IMG/VR virus record: IMGVR_UViG_3300021425_003021
Coordinates: 41,491 to 105,490 of that record
Source: a virus
Length of the DNA: 64,000 bases
Strand: one strand, 5' to 3'
The first letter of the stretch is position 1; each line of letters starts with the position of its first letter. Under the pieces are notes generated by a model. The model had not been told where the DNA came from, did no database searches, and saw nothing but the letters and a program-made list of their open reading frames with translations. The position numbers and the translations under genes were made by a program. Of the stretch, positions 1-10,126 are shown in pieces.

Positions 1-509
1 TCCTAAGACAATTACGTAGAGGTACATTAGGAACAGGAATTAAAGAAGTACACGCAAAGAATAGCAGAGTATTCCATCAAGGAGTTAGCGAAACTATTCC
101 GTATCAGGATACAACTTATACGCAACAATTTACAGGTGACGGTACACAAACAACATTTAATTTAAATTGGACACCTGCAAGTGTAAATGAGTTTGATGTA
201 TTTGTTGCAGGTACTAGATTGAGAAAAGCAACGCCAGTTGATCCAAATAATACAACAGCTGATTATAATTATTATGAATATAATCAAACATTAGATCAAG
301 ATAGTCCAGGCGGCGACGAAATAATAGCTGCCGAATTTACAGTTGAAAACAATGTTTTAACTTTAAATACAGCACCATTGGACAACACTGAAATAAAAGT
401 TATTAGAAAAACTGGAAAAATTTGGAATGACGATGGAGTAAGTTTAGCAAGTAGCAAAAATACCATTGCTAAATTCCTAACAGATAGCACATATAAGCTC
501 GCCCGATAA
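1..509 (+). CDS. C-terminal part of a large virion structural (baseplate-region) protein, 5'-truncated by the window
   Basis: The frame is open from base 3 (LRQLRRGTLGTGIKEVH...FTGDGTQTTFNL...) and continuous with the 219..509 ORF to TAA at 507-509. FTGDG..F motifs are typical of phage structural proteins. Confidence 0.7.
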   Translation, partial: LRQLRRGTLGTGIKEVHAKNSRVFHQGVSETIPYQDTTYTQQFTGDGTQTTFNLNWTPASVNEFDVFVAGTRLRKATPVDPNNTTADYNYYEYNQTLDQDSPGGDEIIAAEFTVENNVLTLNTAPLDNTEIKVIRKTGKIWNDDGVSLASSKNTIAKFLTDSTYKLAR

Positions 510-512
510 ATA
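506..512 (+). promoter_or_regulatory. T4-late-like promoter motif ATAAATA
   Basis: ATAAATA lies 16 nt upstream of ATG 529, with an AAGGA SD in between. The same motif recurs before other virion genes. Confidence 0.55.
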
Positions 513-528
513 CAATAAGGATAGTATT

Positions 529-1134
529 ATGATAGAAAAAGAACAAAACGGTGTACATATAGAGGGTCATATTAAAATATTCAACCCTGAATCAGGATTT
601 GTGTTTGTTGATAAACGCAATGCAATTCACTATGAAAACATGAGTATTAGTTTAGCAGAAAGTCTAGGCAATATTGGACAAGGTTTTATCAGTGAAATGA
701 GTTTTGGTAATGGTGGAACCATTGTTGACCCAACTGGAATTATAACCTATTTGACACCTAATAGCACTGGAACAAATGCTAGTCTTTACAATCAAACTTA
801 TACAAAAGTTGTTGACAATAACAACGTTAATAATACTGATCCTACAAGAAATAAAATCGAAACTCGTCACGTAAGTGGTACAAACTACACCGATATTGTT
901 ATAAGTTGCTTGTTAGACTACGGTGAGCCTGATGGACAGGATGCATTTGATACTGCCGCAGACACTGAACAACAGTATGTATTTGATGAATTGGGATTAA
1001 GAGCTTATTCACCAAGTGGTGCAGGTAGACTAATTACACACGTTATTTTCCATCCGGTACAAAAAAGTTTGAATAGGTTAATTCAAATTGATTATACTGT
1101 GAGAGTTCAAAGCCTTAGTGGAGGAAATAGTTAA
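529..1134 (+). CDS. putative virion structural (baseplate/tail-associated) protein
   Basis: 201 aa, SD present, inside the structural operon. The FDELGL and IQIDYTVRV beta-rich C-terminus resembles fibre-attachment domains. Confidence 0.55.
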   Translation: MIEKEQNGVHIEGHIKIFNPESGFVFVDKRNAIHYENMSISLAESLGNIGQGFISEMSFGNGGTIVDPTGIITYLTPNSTGTNASLYNQTYTKVVDNNNVNNTDPTRNKIETRHVSGTNYTDIVISCLLDYGEPDGQDAFDTAADTEQQYVFDELGLRAYSPSGAGRLITHVIFHPVQKSLNRLIQIDYTVRVQSLSGGNS

Positions 1135-3161
1135 TGGCATATGAAATTCCATTTACAGACGAAGCCAATAAAGGCACAATTACAGTTGAAGATAGTAGCA
1201 TAAACACAGATACAAGTGTGCAATTAATCGGTAGAAATTTAGCCGACTATGGTAGTAGTTTGAACACTAATTTCTTGCATATGCTAGAAAACTTTGCAGA
1301 TGCAAATCCACCTGCAAATCCTGTTGAAGGGCAGTTATGGTACGATACTACTGCTGGCATCGACCAGTTGAAAATTTATGATGGTACGCAATGGGTAGCT
1401 GCCGGAGGTGTAAAAAAGTCAGCAGTGCAACCTGCAATAGACAACAGTGTGGTTGGAGATATTTGGGTTGATACTGAAAATAGTCAAATGTACATTTACA
1501 CGGGTAGTGGTTATGTTTTAGTAGGACCGCAATATAGTTCTGCAGAAATTACTGGTGCAATATCTCTTGAAGTTGATAGGGCAGATGATGGTCCTAAGAA
1601 AAAAGTAACAGCAATATACAGTGAAAACGTAATTGTTGCTATTGTAAGCGACGAAGATTTTGCACCAAAAAGTAATGTTGCTGGTTACACTTCAACCTAT
1701 CCTTTTAAAATCGGTATCAATTTAAATAGGTCGCTAACTTCTATTTTAAACGGCACAGCAGATCGAGCAAATAACATGGTTATTAACAATTTGCCAGTGC
1801 CTGGTACAAGTTTTGTAAGAAATGATGCAGAAGCTGGCAAACAAACTCTTAATGTTCCTTTAAGAATCAGCGACAATAGAGGCATTGAATTTGGGTCTAC
1901 TAAGAATCTTAGTATATTTGTAGAAGATGCAGATAGTGTTATTGAACATTTTGGAACTGGTACACTAGATTTAAGAACAAATGTAACGGCTGTTCCGGCT
2001 ATTAGAGTAAAGCAACAAGAAAGTTCAAATGTAACCGGTATTAATAATCCAAGCCCTACTGAGGCTTTAGACGTTACAGGAAATTTACTTACTAGCGGTA
2101 CAATTAAAACATCGGACACAACTAATTCAACTAGCAGTATAACCGGTTCAATAACAACACCGGGAGGTCTTGGTGTTGCTCGTGATGTACACGTTGGCGG
2201 AACTCTTACCGTTGCAAGCAATATTACAGCTGAAAATATTTTACCAGAAAATAATAATCAACAAAACATTGGTAGTAGTGCGTTATACTACGATAATTTG
2301 TATGCCAATAGAATTAACACAACATCAATTCAACCAAAAGCAGGTAGTAGTTTAAGCATTACAGGAACATTAACTGGTACAGCTACTAGTGCTGGAAAAT
2401 TAAACAGCCAAACTACTTTTAGATTATCAGGCGAAGTTACAGCTGATAGTTTTACATTTGATGGACAAACAGGTGGACTAACCAAAACACTTGCAAACAG
2501 TGTAATTGATCCTTCTTTTGTAACAAATAAAGATGAAATACCAAGCGATATTGTAGGCACAGACGAATTCTTAATTGCTAGAGGTAGTAGTTTATACAAA
2601 GCAACACATACAGATGTTATTGGAAGTATACAAACTATTCCAATTGGAACTGTAAATGCATATGCAGGAACTACTGCACCTCCGGGTTGGTTAATATGTA
2701 ACGGTGATCCGTATCAGCAAAACGAATATAATTTATTGTTTCTTCGTATAGGTACAACATATGGCGATGCAGGCCCAGGCACATTTAGAGTACCAGACTT
2801 AGCAGGTAGACATCCAGTTGGTTTACTAGGATCACCTTCTAATAATAACAATAGAATTACATCAGGCACAGGTACTATCGGTAGTGTAAGCGGTAATCCT
2901 ACAAGCACTATTACTGAAGCTAATCTACCAGATCACGAACACGTTTTAGAAAGCGACACAGGAGATCAGTTTTATGCTACAAGTACAGTTGCAAGTTTGA
3001 CAGGAACTGGAACTAGTGCAGGCGGCGCACCAGATACTGGTGCAAGTGGAACTAAAATCACTAATACAGGTGGATTACCAGCTGAAACCAATACACCGTT
3101 GGATACTACTGATCCGTTTGTTGCAATGAATTATATTATATACACGGGGCAAATAGTATGA
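1134..3161 (+). CDS. baseplate/short tail-fibre protein with tail-collar domain
   Basis: N-terminal GRNLADYG..LNTNFLHMLENFA..P..PVEGQLWYD module. C-terminal collar motif PIGTVNAYAG..APPGWLICNG...IGTTYG...FRVPDL.GR and PFVAMNYII tip. Confidence 0.8.
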   Translation: MAYEIPFTDEANKGTITVEDSSINTDTSVQLIGRNLADYGSSLNTNFLHMLENFADANPPANPVEGQLWYDTTAGIDQLKIYDGTQWVAAGGVKKSAVQPAIDNSVVGDIWVDTENSQMYIYTGSGYVLVGPQYSSAEITGAISLEVDRADDGPKKKVTAIYSENVIVAIVSDEDFAPKSNVAGYTSTYPFKIGINLNRSLTSILNGTADRANNMVINNLPVPGTSFVRNDAEAGKQTLNVPLRISDNRGIEFGSTKNLSIFVEDADSVIEHFGTGTLDLRTNVTAVPAIRVKQQESSNVTGINNPSPTEALDVTGNLLTSGTIKTSDTTNSTSSITGSITTPGGLGVARDVHVGGTLTVASNITAENILPENNNQQNIGSSALYYDNLYANRINTTSIQPKAGSSLSITGTLTGTATSAGKLNSQTTFRLSGEVTADSFTFDGQTGGLTKTLANSVIDPSFVTNKDEIPSDIVGTDEFLIARGSSLYKATHTDVIGSIQTIPIGTVNAYAGTTAPPGWLICNGDPYQQNEYNLLFLRIGTTYGDAGPGTFRVPDLAGRHPVGLLGSPSNNNNRITSGTGTIGSVSGNPTSTITEANLPDHEHVLESDTGDQFYATSTVASLTGTGTSAGGAPDTGASGTKITNTGGLPAETNTPLDTTDPFVAMNYIIYTGQIV

Positions 3162-5053
3162 GTTATAGATTAAACAAAACTGACGGTACACTGTTAACTG
3201 AACTAATTGATGGAAAGATTGATAACACAAGCACCGATTTAACGTTTATTGGAAAAAACTATCAAGGATTTGGCGAATTTTTAAATGAAAATTTTATTAA
3301 ATTATTAGAAAATTTTGCCAATGTTTCTGCTCCATCAAAACCTATCAAAGGCCAGGTTTGGTTTGATACAACAGTTGATAGACTAAAAGTTTATGACGGA
3401 TCTACATTCAGAAGTACAGATAGTAGTGTAATCAGTGGTTCTGCACCACTTGAACCTGTTACAGGTGACATATGGATAGATAGTACTAAAAACCAAATTT
3501 ATTTTTGGGACGGAACTGACTGGATTTTAATAGGACCAGTATATGATAAAACTCAAGGTCTTAGTGGACTAAAAGTTGAAACTGTAAAAGATACATTTGG
3601 TTTAAACAAAGTTATTGTAAAAGTTTTCGTTGGTGGTACACCATTGATGATTATAGCTAGAGAGTCTTTTACTCCAGCACCAGAAATTGCAGGGTTTGGC
3701 AGTTTACGTTTAGGAATAAATGTAAACAATCAGTACAGCACATTTGTATTTGATGGAATTGCAGATAAAGCATTAGCAATTACAGATGAACTTGGAACCG
3801 AATTTAGAATAAATGATTTTGTCAGCGCAACCGACGAAGACGGTGACGATATGGCTGGTAGATTACGTATCAATACAAATGCTGGATTGATATTTGGTTC
3901 AAATACAAATCATCAATTAAAAGTTACTGGTTCAAATGTTCAATTTGTAAACAACAATCGTGATGATAATTTAGAAATTAAATTAAAAAATATCAGTGGA
4001 GAATATACTGGACAGTTTTTTGATGGTGAAAATCGCAGAATTGGTATATTAAATAATTCACCTGCTTATACTCTTGATGTTACAGGCGATCAACGTATTA
4101 CAGGTGACTTAAGAATTGAAGGCGATTTAACAGTAGGAACTATTGTTAATGAAGATGTTACTAGTTTAAGAGTTGCTGATAAAAATATACAATTAGCTAT
4201 TCCTGACGATAGTTCGTTGTTAGATAGTACAAGCGAGTTTATCGACGATGCTGGCTTACTAATCGAGACTACAGGTGGTAGTATTAAATGGACTTACAGA
4301 GTAGAAACAGCATCTTGGACAACTGAAGATAATATCAATATTGATGATCCAAATGGTGCTTATTTGCTAGACGGCACAGTTTTGATTGATCGTACAAGTA
4401 TTGCATCTACTGTCACTTCTGCACCAGGGCTTGTAAATATTGGTAGCCTAAGTTCTCTTACAGTTGATAACATAACAATTGATGGTAATCGTATTACTAA
4501 CAGCACTGCTGATTTAGAACTTTCTTCAAATGGTCCTATAACAGTTGTAGGTGTATCACAAGAAATCAAAGGTGTAAAAACACCAATCAGCGGTAGAGCA
4601 GTTGTAGAAAATCCATCATTAACAGAATCAGATGATGATGCAGTTGCAACAAAAGGATATGTGGATACTGAAATTGGCGCAAAGACACTGGTATTTGGAA
4701 TAGATGTTACAGGCTTGACTGTGAGCATTGGTACCGGAGCAAGTATAAATGCTGATGTAAAAGATATTTTAACAAGTTTAGTAGATCCAACTACTGTTCC
4801 GGGTAATACTCAAGCTGCTATCCACGGTACTTCGATTGCAGCAAGTGGCACCGATACAGCAGATGTAAACAGTGAAGTAAGTAAAAGCAGTATTGCAGTT
4901 GACAGTGCAGGTACACAAAACGTTAGTGTTTTACAAGATTTTACTATTGCTGATGTATCTATTGTTCCTACATTTACAGTTACAAGGTACACTATTAAAT
5001 TTAAAACTGTTGCAGGAGTTTGGACACACGTTGAAACAACCGCATATACATAA
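3158..5053 (+). CDS. baseplate wedge/tail-fibre-like structural protein
   Basis: Same N-terminal module (GKNYQGFGEFLNENFIKLLENFA...GQVWFD), beta-rich repeats, and DAVATKGYVD fibre motif. Confidence 0.75.
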   Translation: MSYRLNKTDGTLLTELIDGKIDNTSTDLTFIGKNYQGFGEFLNENFIKLLENFANVSAPSKPIKGQVWFDTTVDRLKVYDGSTFRSTDSSVISGSAPLEPVTGDIWIDSTKNQIYFWDGTDWILIGPVYDKTQGLSGLKVETVKDTFGLNKVIVKVFVGGTPLMIIARESFTPAPEIAGFGSLRLGINVNNQYSTFVFDGIADKALAITDELGTEFRINDFVSATDEDGDDMAGRLRINTNAGLIFGSNTNHQLKVTGSNVQFVNNNRDDNLEIKLKNISGEYTGQFFDGENRRIGILNNSPAYTLDVTGDQRITGDLRIEGDLTVGTIVNEDVTSLRVADKNIQLAIPDDSSLLDSTSEFIDDAGLLIETTGGSIKWTYRVETASWTTEDNINIDDPNGAYLLDGTVLIDRTSIASTVTSAPGLVNIGSLSSLTVDNITIDGNRITNSTADLELSSNGPITVVGVSQEIKGVKTPISGRAVVENPSLTESDDDAVATKGYVDTEIGAKTLVFGIDVTGLTVSIGTGASINADVKDILTSLVDPTTVPGNTQAAIHGTSIAASGTDTADVNSEVSKSSIAVDSAGTQNVSVLQDFTIADVSIVPTFTVTRYTIKFKTVAGVWTHVETTAYT

Positions 5054-5058
5054 AACAA

Positions 5059-5065
5059 ATAAATA
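5059..5065 (+). promoter_or_regulatory. T4-late-like promoter motif ATAAATA
   Basis: Intergenic, upstream of a GAGGA SD and ATG 5090. Confidence 0.55.
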
Positions 5066-5089
5066 CTAATAATAAACTGAGGAATATCA

Positions 5090-6598
5090 ATGGCATACAT
5101 AATTAACAGATTTAGCGGAGAACAATTGTTGTCTCTCGAAGACGGAACAGTTGATAATACAACTGATTTGAAATTAATTGGCAAAAACTATAGCGGATAC
5201 GGCGAAGCTCAGAACGAAAACTTTTTGTTTTTATTAGAAAGTTTTGCAGGATCTACTAGTCCGTCTAAAGCATTAAGTGGACAGGTTTGGTTTGATAGTT
5301 CTGTAAATAAATTGAAATATTATACAGGAACAAGTTGGAAAACAGCAGGCGGCGCCGAAGTATCTAGTGTACAACCAGCAGGACTTGTTGAAGGAGACCT
5401 TTGGTATAACAGCAATACAAATCAGTTGTTTGCTAGAACAAGTGCTAATGAATTTATTTTGGTAGGACCTCAGGCTGCCGGTTCGGGCACAACACAATTG
5501 TTAAGTACCAATGTTGCTTCTACTCCGTCAGATGTAACAATTCCTGTAATCATTGCATTGATAGACAATAGTCCAGTATATATGATAAGTGATGTAAGTT
5601 TTACTCCTAGTAGTAACCAACCTGCAACATTAGATGATTATGATATACCAGGACATTTTCCTACAGTGAAAAAAGGTTTAACATTAATTAGAACGCCTTC
5701 AACAGGTATCACAGGCGTAGACGACGATGCAGCTACAGCTAATTTTTGGGGTACAGCCAGCAATGCATTAAAATTAAATGGTTTAGAATCTAGTAATTTT
5801 ATTACCAGTGCAGCAGCAGGTCAACCTGTGCAAATTTCAGATGATGCTGGCATGAAATTCGGCGACAGTTTAGATTTTCAAGTACACGTTACTAATGGTA
5901 ATGAAGCAACACTATCAAACACCATAGGTGATGAAATCAAATTTCAAACATATACATCTGGCACAGGATTAATTGAAATTGCAAGAATTCAAAACGGTGC
6001 CGACACAGGTTTTTTACCTAATATTGACAATGCATACAATATAGGATCTTTAACAAAAAGATGGAATACAGTTCACGCAACAACATTCTCTGGTACTGCA
6101 ACTAAAGCAGACAGTTTAGTTGTTGATAGTATTGACTATGCAGGGTCATTAACAAGCACTGCAAGCACTGTAGCAATAAGAGATGGAAACGGAAATTTAG
6201 TTGCAAATGTATTTACTGGAACAGCTACTCGTGCTAGATATGCCGATTTAGCAGAAAAATACACAACTGGTGAAACAGAATTGCCAGCAGGAACCGCAGT
6301 AGCAGTTGGTGCAGATGATTGTTGTGAAGTAGTTCCTGCAAAAGCCAGTGATATGTGCATAGGTGTTGTTTCAACTGATCCTGCATATATGATGAACAGT
6401 GAAGCTGATGGACAATATATAGGTTTAAAAGGACGCTTACCTGTGCGTGTAAAAGGTGCAGTTAAAAAAGGACAACCAGTATATGCGTGGGAAGAAGGTG
6501 TGTGCAGCACTGTGCAAACCAGTGCATTAGTTGGTGTAGCACTTGAGTCAAACGATAGCGAAGAAGAGAAATTAGTCGAGTGTGTCTTAAAGACATAA
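5090..6598 (+). CDS. tail fibre/spike-like protein with probable C-terminal intramolecular chaperone domain
   Basis: Third copy of the GKNY.GYGE..NENF module. The C-terminal YADLAEKY...GVVST.PAYMMN...LKGRLPVRVKG.VKKG resembles auto-cleaved chaperone domains of spikes. Confidence 0.75.
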   Translation: MAYIINRFSGEQLLSLEDGTVDNTTDLKLIGKNYSGYGEAQNENFLFLLESFAGSTSPSKALSGQVWFDSSVNKLKYYTGTSWKTAGGAEVSSVQPAGLVEGDLWYNSNTNQLFARTSANEFILVGPQAAGSGTTQLLSTNVASTPSDVTIPVIIALIDNSPVYMISDVSFTPSSNQPATLDDYDIPGHFPTVKKGLTLIRTPSTGITGVDDDAATANFWGTASNALKLNGLESSNFITSAAAGQPVQISDDAGMKFGDSLDFQVHVTNGNEATLSNTIGDEIKFQTYTSGTGLIEIARIQNGADTGFLPNIDNAYNIGSLTKRWNTVHATTFSGTATKADSLVVDSIDYAGSLTSTASTVAIRDGNGNLVANVFTGTATRARYADLAEKYTTGETELPAGTAVAVGADDCCEVVPAKASDMCIGVVSTDPAYMMNSEADGQYIGLKGRLPVRVKGAVKKGQPVYAWEEGVCSTVQTSALVGVALESNDSEEEKLVECVLKT

Positions 6599-6619
6599 GT
6601 ATATAAAAGGTGAACATAT

Positions 6620-7801
6620 ATGGTAAATCAAATAATTTCTGCTGCTCGATACAATGTGCTACAATCTAGAATTGGAAATATTTTAGGAGTAGGTGTTAAT
6701 GACACCGGTTATAATCAAACAATATCTTCATCCCAAGTACCAAAAGACAGTGTAGTTACTGCTGTAGAAATGAATCATTTATATTCTGATTTAATTAAAA
6801 TCAGAGCTCATCAAATTGGTTCTGAACCATTAAGTTTAATTAAACAAGTTTACGATAATTCTGATCAAGTTAGTATAGCAAATGCTATAATTAACACCGG
6901 TAACAATAACGTAGTAACTATTACAACAAATGAAAATCATTTATTACTTGATGGCTTATGGGTTGATCAATTTGTCGGTGTAACCGGTATGACACAATTA
7001 AACGGTGTATCTGGATATGCTAAAGTTTTGTCTGCAACTGAATTTGAACTATATCAAAACTATGATAGAACACAACCTAATCCATTTACACAACCAATTG
7101 GTGATGTAACCTGGGGCGGTTATGTATCAGGCGGCGCATTCAATCATACCATAGGTGAAGAGTCATACATATCATATGAAAATTTAACCAGCACTTGCGA
7201 AAACGCAAGATTTAATGTAGATGCTACACAAGCAGATCCTGCGGTAAAAAGCACTGTTACAAGATCTGATTTATGGGGAGGTGTATCTACACCACAAATT
7301 GTTTCTCATGAATTCCAAGTCACATTTACAAGTGCAAATGCTCGCAGAGGTTTTTTCAATGCCGGCGGAGAATTGAGATTTAGTGCAAATTTAAGTAACA
7401 TTCCTGCTTTAGGAGCAGACAATTATCAAAAATCGGCAGACTGGCAAGCAATGTTAACCAATATGGGTACAATTAAATTTAATTATCAAGAAACTGTTAG
7501 TGCTCTTTCAAACGGTGTAGGATCAGCTATTGGTAATTATGACTTGACAAACACATATCAGGTTGTGTATACTAAAACTGGAAGTGCAGTTTATGTTGAA
7601 AATGAGTACACAGTAAAAATTAAAGAAAACAACAATAAACAAATACAGGTTTTGATAGAGTTTACTGATGATGCAAATGGTAACGGTGGCGCAGATGAAA
7701 GAGTTGAAGGCGACTTAGAAAGTGTCTTAACAGAGTATCGTGCAACCGGACCTTATGTAGAATCTGAATCACCTACAATTTCTATATTACAAAGTTTATA
7801 A
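6620..7801 (+). CDS. virion structural protein (paralog of 7811..8896) with an inserted beta-domain
   Basis: Shares SANAR..FNAGG..RF.A.L...K..DW...L..MG.I.F with the next gene. An ATAAGTA motif lies at 6595-6601. Confidence 0.65.
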   Translation: MVNQIISAARYNVLQSRIGNILGVGVNDTGYNQTISSSQVPKDSVVTAVEMNHLYSDLIKIRAHQIGSEPLSLIKQVYDNSDQVSIANAIINTGNNNVVTITTNENHLLLDGLWVDQFVGVTGMTQLNGVSGYAKVLSATEFELYQNYDRTQPNPFTQPIGDVTWGGYVSGGAFNHTIGEESYISYENLTSTCENARFNVDATQADPAVKSTVTRSDLWGGVSTPQIVSHEFQVTFTSANARRGFFNAGGELRFSANLSNIPALGADNYQKSADWQAMLTNMGTIKFNYQETVSALSNGVGSAIGNYDLTNTYQVVYTKTGSAVYVENEYTVKIKENNNKQIQVLIEFTDDANGNGGADERVEGDLESVLTEYRATGPYVESESPTISILQSL

Positions 7802-7810
7802 GGATTAAAG

Positions 7811-8896
7811 ATGACAGCTGGAACACCGATAGTAGCTTCAGATTACAATGGAATATACAACCTAATGTCTCCTGTAATAGGTCCAGTTTCTTCAAATGTA
7901 GACATTGGGTTTGGCAGATCGTTATTGAGTAGTACAGTGGTTGGTGGAGGTACTCCTGGTGTTAGTGACGAAATTACAGCATTACAGCAAAATAATTTAT
8001 GGAAAGATTTACAAGCAGGATATATACACCAGTATGGTACTCCAAATACGAGGGTAGATGTAAATGATATAGAAATTGGTGATATAGTGTACTATGCTAA
8101 CATTACTGATTTTACAAATTTTGCAAATGATGTTTTAGCGTTTGATAGAAATGTTACAGAGTTTCCTGTAGCAAATTTTGACGAATCTGGTATGCTTACA
8201 ACAAGTTCAACTAGTGTTACTAGCACACGTTCTACTGCGTGGGGTACAGGTGCAAACTATAGAATAGGACATAGAGTCACAGTTACTTGGGCTAGTGCAA
8301 ATGCTCGTAATCATTATTTTAATGCTGGTGGCCAAATTAGATTTGATGCTAGTCTTACAGGCGGTACTAGTAGCACTGCTAATACAAAAGATTGGGATTG
8401 GGCTAGAATTTTATCTGAAATGGGAAAAATACGTTTTTGGAAAAAATCTACTGATTATTTTTGTGAATCGTTAGGAACAGGCGGCACAGGCAGTCAAAAT
8501 GCAATAAGCGCATTTAGTAATAATACAGCTACTAGTGGCGGATTTTTTAATAGTGCAACACGAATCTATACAAAACAAGGCGGCGGAGTTACTGGAGGTA
8601 ATCCTGGCGCTATTCCTGTTACTCAAATTTACGACGACAATGAATATCAAATTAATATTGTTGTGCCTAACACAAGTCAAATGATATTTGAAATTATTTT
8701 TGATGATAGCGACACTGGTACTGGATTTCAGCAAGAAGTAGGTGAACAAGGTACTCTTGAAGATGAACAAGTTACAGGAACTGTAACAAGTAACTTGTAT
8801 ACATTTACTCCTAATAGTACATTTGACATTGGCGCAAGTACTTTCGATGCAATAGTGCAAACTCCTCCAACGGGTGCAGTTGACAGTTCACTTTAA
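7811..8896 (+). CDS. virion structural protein
   Basis: Thr/Gly-rich paralog of 6620..7801 and last gene of the structural run. Confidence 0.65.
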   Translation: MTAGTPIVASDYNGIYNLMSPVIGPVSSNVDIGFGRSLLSSTVVGGGTPGVSDEITALQQNNLWKDLQAGYIHQYGTPNTRVDVNDIEIGDIVYYANITDFTNFANDVLAFDRNVTEFPVANFDESGMLTTSSTSVTSTRSTAWGTGANYRIGHRVTVTWASANARNHYFNAGGQIRFDASLTGGTSSTANTKDWDWARILSEMGKIRFWKKSTDYFCESLGTGGTGSQNAISAFSNNTATSGGFFNSATRIYTKQGGGVTGGNPGAIPVTQIYDDNEYQINIVVPNTSQMIFEIIFDDSDTGTGFQQEVGEQGTLEDEQVTGTVTSNLYTFTPNSTFDIGASTFDAIVQTPPTGAVDSSL

Positions 8897-8899
8897 CCT

Positions 8900-8928
8900 T
8901 TGACAATTATCTAAATTTGTTATATACT
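8900..8928 (+). promoter_or_regulatory. sigma70-type promoter TTGACA-N17-TATACT
   Basis: TTGACA 8900-8905 and TATACT 8923-8928, at the boundary between the structural genes and the glycosyltransferase operon. Confidence 0.75.
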
Positions 8929-8954
8929 AGTGACTATTATATATGGAGATATCT

Positions 8955-9302
8955 ATGGACGAACGTCTTGAAAAAGCACTTGATATAAGCAATTACATGG
9001 TAACATTAAACAATCAAACAAGATTGTTAAAAGAACAATATCAAGAAAATTTAATTCATTATTTCAACGGTGGACAATTTACAATTACGCAACAGTTGGT
9101 AAGTTTTTGTCAAAGTTTACTCACGTTACATCAGACGAATACAATTCTTATCGACGATAATGGTATACCTATTGAAATTGAAGAATTAGAAGAATTTACC
9201 ACTGAAGTTGTTAGTAAATATTTTGAGGCTTCTAATAGATTTCTAATGGAATACAATAAATTAAAAGTAAATAGATCAGTTGAAAGTATTATGGATTTAT
9301 GA
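8955..9302 (+). CDS. hypothetical protein
   Basis: Start moved to ATG 8955 (MDERLEKAL) because a GGAG SD lies at 8945-8948. ATGA overlap with the next gene. Confidence 0.6.
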   Translation: MDERLEKALDISNYMVTLNNQTRLLKEQYQENLIHYFNGGQFTITQQLVSFCQSLLTLHQTNTILIDDNGIPIEIEELEEFTTEVVSKYFEASNRFLMEYNKLKVNRSVESIMDL

Positions 9303-10126
9303 GCAAAGGTGTACTGTTATTTGCATTCAATAACGAAAGTATAAATTATATTAAACAAGCAATATTTTGTGCTAAACGTGTAAACAAATATTTAGGTTTA
9401 CCTGTATCTTTGGTTACCGATGTTGAATTATCAGATAGTCAATCTAAACAGTTTGATAATATCATAAAAATTAAAAATTCTTTGTCAAACAAAAAAGCAT
9501 ATAGAGATGGATCGTTAAGTAAAAGAGTTTTAAGTTTTAATAATTACGGTCGAGAATGTAGTTATGAACTGTCACCATATGACGAAACAATTGTTATGGA
9601 TACTGACTATATTGTAGCAAATGACAAATTGTTAAATTGCTTTGCACAGCAAAAAGATCTTTTGCTATACAAAGATGCAACACATTTAGGAATATACAAC
9701 GGAACACCGGAATTCAAATCAATAAGTGATGGCGGAGTTGATTTTTATTGGGCCACTGTAATTTATTTTAGAAAAAATAATATTACTGAAGCATATTTTA
9801 ATTTGGTAAAACATATAAAAGACAACTATATGCATTATAGAGGAGTTTACCAATTTAAAAATACGGTGTACAGGAATGATTTTGCTTTTAGTATTGCAGT
9901 TCACATTTTATCAGGTTATACCAAAAATAACTTTGTTGGAGTCATTCCGGGTAAAAAGTTTTATACAATTGATAGAGATATTTTATTATCTATTAAAGAT
10001 GACGAATTTAAAGTGTTGGTCGAAAAGCAAGACAGGCTTGGAGAATATACTCCAGTAAACTTTAAAGGTAGTAATTTACACGTAATGAATAAATTTAGTT
10101 TAGAAAGAGTTATTAATGAGCAATAA
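9299..10126 (+). CDS. GT-A fold glycosyltransferase-like protein
   Basis: SPYDETIVMDTDY DxD motif after an N-terminal hydrophobic strand. Paralog of the next gene. Confidence 0.65.
   Translation: MSKGVLLFAFNNESINYIKQAIFCAKRVNKYLGLPVSLVTDVELSDSQSKQFDNIIKIKNSLSNKKAYRDGSLSKRVLSFNNYGRECSYELSPYDETIVMDTDYIVANDKLLNCFAQQKDLLLYKDATHLGIYNGTPEFKSISDGGVDFYWATVIYFRKNNITEAYFNLVKHIKDNYMHYRGVYQFKNTVYRNDFAFSIAVHILSGYTKNNFVGVIPGKKFYTIDRDILLSIKDDEFKVLVEKQDRLGEYTPVNFKGSNLHVMNKFSLERVINEQ

Noticed and set aside
296-8860. Antisense ORFs within the structural genes (e.g. 1697..2221, 4360..4728, 6136..6510) and the + strand ORFs inside 51136-54993
   Set aside because: They are shadow frames of long, biased-codon genes, fully nested, with no SD or protein motifs.
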